Assembly (NCBI GenBank): GCA_019057385.1 | Contig: JAHQJS010000001.1 | Coordinates: 51,825-74,770, forward strand | Direction: 5' to 3' | Length of the DNA: 22,946 bases | Source of the DNA: Candidatus Borrarchaeum weybense | GTDB taxonomy: Archaea > Asgardarchaeota > Sifarchaeia > Borrarchaeales > Borrarchaeaceae | Part shown: positions 16,493-22,946 of the stretch, piece by piece | How positions within the stretch are numbered: the stretch's first letter is position 1 | Layout: every line of letters begins with the position of its first letter | Program-made: the position numbers and the translations under genes | The notes under the pieces: generated by a model | The model's database searches: none | Told to the model about the DNA's origin: nothing | Seen by the model: only the letters and a program-made list of their open reading frames with translations

Positions 16493-16681
16493 TCACTCAT
16501 TTAGCTCTAATAAAATCTTTAGTTGTTTTTCGATGCATTGCTCTTCAAAGGGAGCGTCTCTCGTCTCATTGAAGATGCTCTCAAAAATCTCTCTTCTCTT
16601 TGCAACCTTCCTCTCTGAAACCATTAAAAGGAGTTTTCTATGGAGCTCATGCAACACACCTCGAGCTCTTTCATGATCCAT
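16493..16681 (-). CDS. Small helical hypothetical protein
   Basis: 62 aa, fills the gap between genes; GGTGAG upstream. Confidence 0.6.
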   Translation of the reverse strand: MDHERARGVLHELHRKLLLMVSERKVAKRREIFESIFNETRDAPFEEQCIEKQLKILLELNE

Positions 16682-16691
16682 CTTCTCACCA

Positions 16692-17324
16692 TTATTCTTT
16701 AGGGATTTCTTCTACTTCTACTTCTGGATTCTCATCAGTTCTCTCGCCCGGTTGTAATTCTGGAGCATCAGGATTCATCTCTCTCCATTCCTCAACAGAA
16801 ATCTCTTCTACTTCAGGACCATTGGAAGTGGATATCTCCGGAGGATTTTCTGGAAGAACTATTCCTGACTCTTTCAACTGCTTTCCTTCAAACTCGGGCG
16901 TACCTTCCTTCCAAGGAGCATCTGGCTCTGCCGTCCCGGGTAGATCCGGAGTATCATCCACTCCATGCTCTGGAAGCGGTTCTTTAGGTCGGTTTATAAT
17001 ATTCTCACTGGGAACATTTTCAAGAGATGGTGCTGTAAGAGGAGCTTCACTGAGTACTGGAATTTCCTCAGGCTCTTCTACCTTCTCTTCAGGTTCCACC
17101 GCAACTACTTCCTCCTCACTAACTTCGGGAAGAACTACGGGAATTTCTTTTCTCTCTTCTTCATGCATTCCCGCTTCAACAATTATGCCCAATTTCAAAT
17201 GCGCTTCAAAATCCCCTCGGTCTTTGAAGTCCACTCTCTTTACTTCTCCCTTGGAAAGGAAATAAATTCCCCCACAAGTTTTCAATTGAAAATCTTTTAA
17301 CGCTCTAATTTTTTTCGTTATCAT
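16692..17324 (-). CDS. Hypothetical protein: small N-terminal domain plus Glu/Pro-rich disordered tail (start revised to ATG 17324, MITKK)
   Basis: The ORF-track extension to 17513 overlaps the capsid gene and its terminator. ATG 17324 has a purine-rich GGGAGAG upstream. Confidence 0.75.
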   Translation of the reverse strand: MITKKIRALKDFQLKTCGGIYFLSKGEVKRVDFKDRGDFEAHLKLGIIVEAGMHEEERKEIPVVLPEVSEEEVVAVEPEEKVEEPEEIPVLSEAPLTAPSLENVPSENIINRPKEPLPEHGVDDTPDLPGTAEPDAPWKEGTPEFEGKQLKESGIVLPENPPEISTSNGPEVEEISVEEWREMNPDAPELQPGERTDENPEVEVEEIPKE

Positions 17325-17348
17325 TTCTCTTTCTCTCCCATCAAATTC

Positions 17349-17386
17349 AAAAAGAAGCATAGGGAGGAAAAATATCCTCCCCATGC
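17349..17386 (-). terminator. Rho-independent terminator after the major capsid gene
   Basis: The minus strand reads GCATGGGGAGGA-TATTTT-TCCTCCCTATGC-TTCTTTTT. Confidence 0.85.
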
Positions 17387-17406
17387 GAACAAACAACGCG
17401 TCACTA

Positions 17407-18918
17407 CTACGAAGTCTGATATCCGGAGCCGAGATTAGTGATCTTGCCTTCGTTAAACAGACCGGCATTGATAACCTTGAAACCTGCTGCTGAGAGGAAT
17501 CCCTTCTGAGCAATCAAGTCACTGGTGATCAATGTTGGAGTGGTGAACAGAGGAATATACGGAGCATAAATGAAGCCCGCATAGAGATAACTTGGACCAC
17601 GGAAGCCACAAGTGTAATAATCTCTCCTCTTGAACGGGTTCTGGACAACCGTACGACCATCCAAGTCACCGATTACCATCGGACCAGTTGGAACTGGAGC
17701 GGCAGCCTTACGCGGAGTAAATCCATGATCAGTTAACTGCCTGATCACTCGGGCAACATTATTACCACAATGGATAAAGGTTGCCACACCACGTTTGGTT
17801 TTCTCAAAGATAAGGTTCGAAGCTTGTTCGATTCTATCTTTGAATTCTGCCTTTTTCCACAGCCAAGGTTCACCAAGACCAGGTCTGGCATCCCAATCGG
17901 TTGGAGCAGTAGCAGCTTCAGATGAAGATGCCGCTTCATCGATCATATCCAAACCTACTTGGTCAATGGTAAACTTAACTTCGCTGCCGAGATACTTCAC
18001 CAGTTCACTCTCAAGATCGATTCCATGCGCCTTCATTAAATCGATTTGAGCACCGATGCTGTACTTAGCCCTCAGTGGGAAGTCAATCGCTTCCACTGTT
18101 GACTGAGTGACAGATACATCAACTTCCGGAACGCCAGTCTTGTTGCCATAGGCGTCTTCCACAAGGTCATACTGGTAATCGTAAGTGATGTAAATAGTAT
18201 CGCTACTTGAAGTTCCGGTGACTATAAAGTAGTATGTTCCATTAGCAGCTATCGAACCAGTTCCACTAATATAAGTACCAGTAATCTGCCCTGAGGAGTT
18301 ACTGGAACCAACCAGAGTTCTGGATTCGTTGATAGTACCAATATTAGATACTGTCTCAATCTTGACATTCTCAAGATTGATCAACTTATTATAGTCAAGG
18401 GTACCAGAAGTGATACCATCACCTTGGCCGACAGCTTCGTCAACCACTCGAGCCATTGCATACCGACGTCCACTCTTGCCGATAGAATGACCAGTTTTGG
18501 CTCCAAGCATTGTATCTCCACTGGAGACGTTGCCCTTGTTGGAACCATATTTCACATCAAGATAGAACACAGCTGCGATTCGCCGATCCATAGCCTGCAC
18601 AACCGCTATCTCATTAAGAGCTAACGATGGCAGCAATGCCGCGATAACAGGAAGCTGAACGCCTAAGAAAGCAATATTATCCTCAGTTGTAGTTTCAAAC
18701 AACCTGGTTCCAGCTTTTAATCCTGTATCGATAATGGCATTGTAAAGACATTGTGCTACGTTCCGCTTCTCATAAACCGACATTCCACGGTTTTGATTAG
18801 CCTGAACGTGCTCTTCAACTATGCCGAGATACTTCTTGATTCGGGGAATCTTCATCAAGGCTTCTTGCTGTGAATGTAGGGCAGCTAATTGAGATTGTAC
18901 TAATTCTATGTCAGTCAT
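17407..18918 (-). CDS. Major capsid protein (T4 gp23-like, HK97 fold)
   Basis: EIAVVQAM, VFYLDVKY, LRAKYS..AQIDL..AHGIDLESEL, LYAGFIYAPYIPL. Start placed at ATG 18918, 8 nt after SD AGAGGGG. Candidate maturation site LFE|T at residues 73-76; ends TAG TAG TGA. Confidence 0.95.
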   Translation of the reverse strand: MTDIELVQSQLAALHSQQEALMKIPRIKKYLGIVEEHVQANQNRGMSVYEKRNVAQCLYNAIIDTGLKAGTRLFETTTEDNIAFLGVQLPVIAALLPSLALNEIAVVQAMDRRIAAVFYLDVKYGSNKGNVSSGDTMLGAKTGHSIGKSGRRYAMARVVDEAVGQGDGITSGTLDYNKLINLENVKIETVSNIGTINESRTLVGSSNSSGQITGTYISGTGSIAANGTYYFIVTGTSSSDTIYITYDYQYDLVEDAYGNKTGVPEVDVSVTQSTVEAIDFPLRAKYSIGAQIDLMKAHGIDLESELVKYLGSEVKFTIDQVGLDMIDEAASSSEAATAPTDWDARPGLGEPWLWKKAEFKDRIEQASNLIFEKTKRGVATFIHCGNNVARVIRQLTDHGFTPRKAAAPVPTGPMVIGDLDGRTVVQNPFKRRDYYTCGFRGPSYLYAGFIYAPYIPLFTTPTLITSDLIAQKGFLSAAGFKVINAGLFNEGKITNLGSGYQTS

Positions 18919-18937
18919 TTTCAAATCCCCTCTTTAA

Positions 18938-21900
18938 TTAACTGTTCATACCTTCAAACACATTATTTACACTACGTTTAGCTCTCTCATGTTCTGGATC
19001 ATTCTTAGGTTTACTAACAGCTACACCCGATATGGACTCAGAGTGAAGTGCACCCCGCCTGCTAGCATCTAAAATTTCATCTAGAACATCATCCACTTGT
19101 TCTGGCGATTCACAATCCTCAAGAAGTGCCCGAGAATTTTCATCGACTTTCAGATTAGTTTCAGAAAGTCTAAACTCAACAAAACGCTTAATAAACTCCT
19201 TTGTAACTTCTTCTCTTACTCTTTTTTCTGTTTCTGTTTTTGCCTCCTTAATCTTTTCCTTAGCTACTTCATTTGCTTCTTGCAATGCCTTTTCATGTTT
19301 TACTTTAGCTTCTTGTAAAGCTTTCTTATGCTTGCTCTCAGCAGCAGAAGCAGACTCCTTCAAACTCGTGATATCTTTAGACAGGTCGGATTTTATTTTC
19401 TCTACCTGTTTTTGAACTTTCTTAGCCTGCTCAACCTTCTCGTCCAACTGCTTTTGTAAATCAGCTGAAAGTTTTGCCTTCTCCTCTAATTTGGATCGTA
19501 ATGCTTCAACCTCTCGTTCCTTAGCTTCAAAGGTTTGATTCGCCTTTTTGATAAGTATTTTAGCTTCAAGAGCTTTTTCTTTTCTGGCCTTTGCCTTAAG
19601 GTCATTTTTCTCACTTGTAGCTTCTTCAAGAAGTTCCAATGTTTTATCTCTTTCAGCTCTTGTTGAAGCTTCCTTAACTTTCAGGTCTTTAATTTCTTTG
19701 GCAGTGGTTGAGATAGATTCCTTTTTACCTTTCTTCCTATGAGCTTTCTTCACAGCCTTTTCTTTTCCAAGTTGCTTCATGGCTGTAGGATAGGCTTTCT
19801 TAAGAGCTTCTTCTCCAGAATCGCCCCCATCTTTATATCCTTTAGCTATTTTAATAGCAAGCTCATGGAAAGCTTTTGTATGAATACCTTTACCATCTGG
19901 AGCAGGAAGTCCGGCATCCCGGTACATCTTCTTGATGTCTTCTGTTTCGTCTATCTCTTCGGACTCTTCTAACTCTTCCTCCGCCCATTCATTGTATTCA
20001 TTGATAAGCTCCTTAAGTTCTTCCACTCCAGGAATTTTATCACTTAAGTCAGGCAGCTCCTCTTCAATAGCTTTGATTGCATTTGGATTAGGATCTTCAA
20101 ACTCATGGTTTTCCAAATATTCCATCTGAGTAGCTATAGCAGTACCAAGGCGAGAGTCAAGGATGTTAAACAATTCTGTGTACTGTCCTTCGTATGTCCA
20201 AGCTCCTTCATCTACTTCTTCAGCTTCTTCAAGAACTTTTTTACCTTCATCACTGAGTTCTAATCCAACTTCTTTGCCTCTCTTAATTACCTCTTTCTTG
20301 GAATTGGTTAATCCTGTAAGATGTTTCGCAAAAGCATTGTCAATAGACTTGAAGAGTTTCTTCACATCCGCAGTAGACAACTTTTGTTCATCTACTTCAG
20401 ATTCTGATACTCCTTCTACATGTCCACACTTATGGCATTCCCACTGAGATATGTCTCCCTCGGCATGAGGTGCTCCTTCGGACATTTCAGCTCCGCACTT
20501 AGGACATTTCTTCTCGTCCAGCTTTTCTTCTAAAACCGGTTCGGTATATCCACACTTCACACACTCAAACTGATTATCTTCAGAATCAGGAATTGCCCTT
20601 ATCTCCATCTTTTCCTTACATTTTGGGCATTTCTTTTCATCTACTTTTTGCTCTTTGACTTTTTCATCAAAGGTACTCTTGATAATAGAATCTATCTTAT
20701 CCTTATTCAATCCGGAGAGATGAAGCACTTTTCGTATAGCATCTTCTTTCTTTCCTCTACGCTTCATCACTTGAGCAAGTTGGTGTGCATATACCAGATC
20801 TTCCTCATCTACTCGGGTTTCGGATATTTTTGTAAATCCTTCTCTATCAAAATCATTCCATGACTTCTTAACTAGAGCTCCAACACCTCCACCCATAACT
20901 TCCAGATTAACTCCGTTCACGTCAAAGCTATCTACAACATAAGATTCGCCTGCTCTATTCTGAACAACACTCCCTTTCTGGAGACCATGTGCTTCATCAA
21001 TTTCAGACTCAGATTCCTTAGTTGCTTTCTTGTGCTTATCACACTTCTCTTCCATCTCCTCTTCAGGCATTTCTGGTTCAGCTACTATCTCTGAATCAAC
21101 TTCTGGCTCTGGTGGAAGTTCAGGTTCTTTTTCTACCTCTTTTGGAGGTGGAACCAAAGTAATGCAAACCGAATCTGGATTCTCTACCTGAACTAACGTT
21201 CCATCATCAAGCATTACCCCAACACCTTGTTCGTCAATAGTAGTAACTTTCCCAGATTCATTTTCGTAATCACCTTCTGTAAGAATGACCTGGTCATCAA
21301 CTTCGATACTTTCCTTACCAGGCTTCTCCGCAGCTTTGCTAACTTCGATATTTTTATATTTACGCTTAACAGCACTTGCAACTTTTTTCACAAGGTCTTC
21401 CAAGCTTCCCTTATACCAAGGCGGAGCTTTGCTATACTGATTAGCTCTGGATAATGCATTCCTTGCCTGAGCTTTATTGTTAATTGGGAAGTGATCCTTA
21501 TCATCTTTAACCTTGGAACTTCCAGCAGGAAATATAACATCTCCTCTATTTCTAACTTTAGCCTTCGGATCCTTCTTAGCCTCTGGGACTGGCTCGTCTT
21601 TCATAAGTTCTTCAGGAGTTTCATCTCCAGTGACTGCTGGCATTCCCATTCCAGTATTTCCTGGTTCGGGCATTTCTACCGGAGGTTCTCCAGGACCTGG
21701 GCAAGGTGGAGCTTCTTGTTCCGGCTGAATAAATATTGTACCATCCAGCTCTATAATAACATAAGCTGCTCCATTTATCTTTACTTCTTTCCCACCACTA
21801 GAATCCATTCCAGGAATTGATATATCAACTTCTTTTCCTTCCTCAACCTTTGTAACTTTGCCTTCCATCTCATTGCCATCTTGGATAAAGTTGATTGGCA

Positions 21901-22645
21901 TGCCCTCTTTAATAATTCCTTCTTGGACTGCCTGCTCTATAGTTTTCTTCTCCGCCACCTTTTTTTGCTCCTTAAGTATTTCGCAACGGCCGCATCCACC
22001 ACATTCACCTTTTGACTCTTCGCACTTCATTCCTTCAAGTAAACATGTTGCGAATTTTCTTTCACTTTCGTTTACATCTTTACCTTCAAGGACTTTCTTA
22101 ATTTCGGATACTACGTTTCTCCTAACATCATGAGGAAGAGCTCCAGGAGTACTTGGATCAGCTGTGAAGTCTGTAGTTACATATCTGTAACTTTCAGGAA
22201 CAACTCGATGATAAGTTCCATCCTCATCCTCTGCTTCTTCAAGGTCGCCTTCGGCTCTAGTAGAAACACCAACCTGGCAATTTGCTCTAAGGAGTGCATC
22301 TACAATCCTACCACATGGAGTATCAACAACATCCATTTTCTGCCACATAATCCCATCATCTTTCCACATCTCGAAGATAACATGGCTGGTTTTTTCAAGG
22401 TTAGATTGTGTTTCATTAGGATGCTCAGCGTGACCAAATAGCCTCCGATTCTCCATCTTTTCTTGCAATTCTTTTTCATTGCATACTGCTTCCCAAACCT
22501 CATCCTCATAAACTCGATTGTTAGCATTCCTCTGACCAATGTTGCAAATAGGGTAGGTTACTCTACACAGAACACCTTCAGGAAGTTTGTCTCTGGATAC
22601 TTCTTCTAGAATTGGTTTTGCCAGAATTGTCTCTACAAGCTTCAT
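18938..22645 (-). CDS. Prohead core protease (T4 gp21-like) fused to multiple internal modules and a C-terminal coiled-coil scaffold
   Basis: The first ~175 aa carry RNANNRVY, GHAEHP, SHVI, TPCGRIV, VGVSTRAEG and DFTADPS. The last ~260 aa are heptad-rich coiled coil. It lies directly upstream of the capsid gene. Confidence 0.9.
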   Translation of the reverse strand: MKLVETILAKPILEEVSRDKLPEGVLCRVTYPICNIGQRNANNRVYEDEVWEAVCNEKELQEKMENRRLFGHAEHPNETQSNLEKTSHVIFEMWKDDGIMWQKMDVVDTPCGRIVDALLRANCQVGVSTRAEGDLEEAEDEDGTYHRVVPESYRYVTTDFTADPSTPGALPHDVRRNVVSEIKKVLEGKDVNESERKFATCLLEGMKCEESKGECGGCGRCEILKEQKKVAEKKTIEQAVQEGIIKEGMPINFIQDGNEMEGKVTKVEEGKEVDISIPGMDSSGGKEVKINGAAYVIIELDGTIFIQPEQEAPPCPGPGEPPVEMPEPGNTGMGMPAVTGDETPEELMKDEPVPEAKKDPKAKVRNRGDVIFPAGSSKVKDDKDHFPINNKAQARNALSRANQYSKAPPWYKGSLEDLVKKVASAVKRKYKNIEVSKAAEKPGKESIEVDDQVILTEGDYENESGKVTTIDEQGVGVMLDDGTLVQVENPDSVCITLVPPPKEVEKEPELPPEPEVDSEIVAEPEMPEEEMEEKCDKHKKATKESESEIDEAHGLQKGSVVQNRAGESYVVDSFDVNGVNLEVMGGGVGALVKKSWNDFDREGFTKISETRVDEEDLVYAHQLAQVMKRRGKKEDAIRKVLHLSGLNKDKIDSIIKSTFDEKVKEQKVDEKKCPKCKEKMEIRAIPDSEDNQFECVKCGYTEPVLEEKLDEKKCPKCGAEMSEGAPHAEGDISQWECHKCGHVEGVSESEVDEQKLSTADVKKLFKSIDNAFAKHLTGLTNSKKEVIKRGKEVGLELSDEGKKVLEEAEEVDEGAWTYEGQYTELFNILDSRLGTAIATQMEYLENHEFEDPNPNAIKAIEEELPDLSDKIPGVEELKELINEYNEWAEEELEESEEIDETEDIKKMYRDAGLPAPDGKGIHTKAFHELAIKIAKGYKDGGDSGEEALKKAYPTAMKQLGKEKAVKKAHRKKGKKESISTTAKEIKDLKVKEASTRAERDKTLELLEEATSEKNDLKAKARKEKALEAKILIKKANQTFEAKEREVEALRSKLEEKAKLSADLQKQLDEKVEQAKKVQKQVEKIKSDLSKDITSLKESASAAESKHKKALQEAKVKHEKALQEANEVAKEKIKEAKTETEKRVREEVTKEFIKRFVEFRLSETNLKVDENSRALLEDCESPEQVDDVLDEILDASRRGALHSESISGVAVSKPKNDPEHERAKRSVNNVFEGMNS

Positions 22646-22688
22646 TGCAATATCCTCTTATAATTCCATAACTTATAACTACGACGAA

Positions 22689-22771
22689 TAGCCTGGGCAG
22701 GATTCGAACCTGCAAGCTCGTTTGAGCAGTAGTTTCTAAGACTACCGTGTATGCCATTCCACCACCAGGCC
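22689..22771 (-). tRNA. trnL: tRNA-Leu (TAG)
   Basis: Acceptor GGCCTGG/CCAGGCT plus A73; anticodon arm GTAGT-CTTAGAA-ACTAC; long variable arm; T arm GCAGG-TTCGAAT-CCTGC; no CCA. Confidence 0.93.
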
Positions 22772-22775
22772 GTAG

Positions 22776-22847
22776 TGGAGAGGATGGGAATCGAACCCAC
22801 CACAGATTGCTTGCAAGGCATTCTCGCCCCTTGGAACATGCCTCCCC
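22776..22847 (-). tRNA. trnA: tRNA-Ala (TGC)
   Basis: Acceptor GGGGAGG/CCTCTCC with the G3:U70 Ala determinant and A73; loop CTTGCAA; T arm GTGGG-TTCGATT-CCCAT; weak D arm; no CCA. Confidence 0.88.
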
Positions 22848-22851
22848 AATG

Positions 22852-22924
22852 AGCTGGAGGAGGGAATCGAACCCACAACCACTCGCTTACAGGGCGAGCG
22901 CTCTGCCAGTTGAGCTACTCCAGC
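22852..22924 (-). tRNA. trnT: tRNA-Thr (TGT)
   Basis: Acceptor GCTGGAG/CTCCAGC plus U73; D arm GCTC/GAGC; anticodon arm CTCGC-CCTGTAA-GCGAG; no CCA. Confidence 0.92.
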
Positions 22925-22927
22925 AAC

Positions 22928-22946
22928 TCCGAGTGGCAGGATTCGA
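22928..22946 (-). tRNA. 3' end of a further tRNA (identity unknown, truncated by the window)
   Basis: The minus strand reads TCGAAT-CCTGC-CACTCGG-A: T loop, T stem, acceptor 3' strand and discriminator. Confidence 0.8.

Noticed and set aside
17401-17409. Stop-codon reassignment (TAG TAG TGA after the capsid gene)
   Set aside because: All long genes are intact under the standard code, and TAG, TGA and TAA all end genes at tight junctions. The TAG-anticodon tRNA reads Leu CTA and is not a suppressor.
17325-17513. N-terminal extension of the 273-aa ORF, or a capsid frameshift/readthrough product
   Set aside because: It overlaps the capsid gene end and a clear terminator. The capsid gene ends in three consecutive stops, no slippery site was seen, and ATG 17324 is a better start.
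6-22441. Numerous + strand ORFs in the track (e.g. 16600-17265, 13274-13645, 2464-2826)
   Set aside because: They are antisense shadows of strong minus-strand genes. Their Ser/Phe/Leu-rich composition mirrors Glu/Lys codons on the other strand, and they show no motifs.
9958-22645. Halophilic host inferred from very acidic proteins
   Set aside because: The acidity is concentrated in putative internal head proteins and spacers and is accompanied by high Lys. Sheath, tube and capsid are not unusually acidic.
22642-22878. 78-aa minus-strand ORF
   Set aside because: It overlaps three well-formed tRNA genes.

Overview
This window is the virion morphogenesis region of a large, T4-superfamily-like myovirus; no host genes are visible. 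Every credible gene is on the minus strand, and most abut or overlap by 1-4 nt. In transcription order (right to left): a tRNA array (partial tRNA, Thr-TGT, Ala-TGC, Leu-TAG, none with encoded CCA); a 1235-aa gp21-type prohead protease fused to many small modules and a coiled-coil scaffold; a gp23-like major capsid protein with a terminator; a gp13-like neck protein; an SPFH protein; a block of about 9 accessory genes (SWIM-like, unknowns, a 797-aa modular protein, an acidic protein, a lytic transglycosylase, an encapsulin-type ferritin-like protein, a Pol-beta nucleotidyltransferase); gp14- and gp15-like proteins; a NUMOD3-HNH endonuclease; tail sheath, tail tube, a tube-like baseplate protein, gp26/gp51-like proteins, and the 5' part of a probable tape measure gene. 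The main unexplained signal: the unrelated accessory proteins share a short N-terminal leader (Mxx[LI][LIV][ED]K[LI]..[LIV]xE|A/S) ending in a T4 gp21-type cleavage site. The same motif falls at module boundaries in the protease fusion and the 797-aa protein. I infer a protease-processed capsid-cargo system, whose cargo includes a ferritin normally associated with encapsulins. Other candidates are an antisense ~100-nt small RNA unit inside the late operon and a prfB-like +1 frameshift upstream of the tape measure gene. All assignments come from motif recognition by eye; no searches were run.
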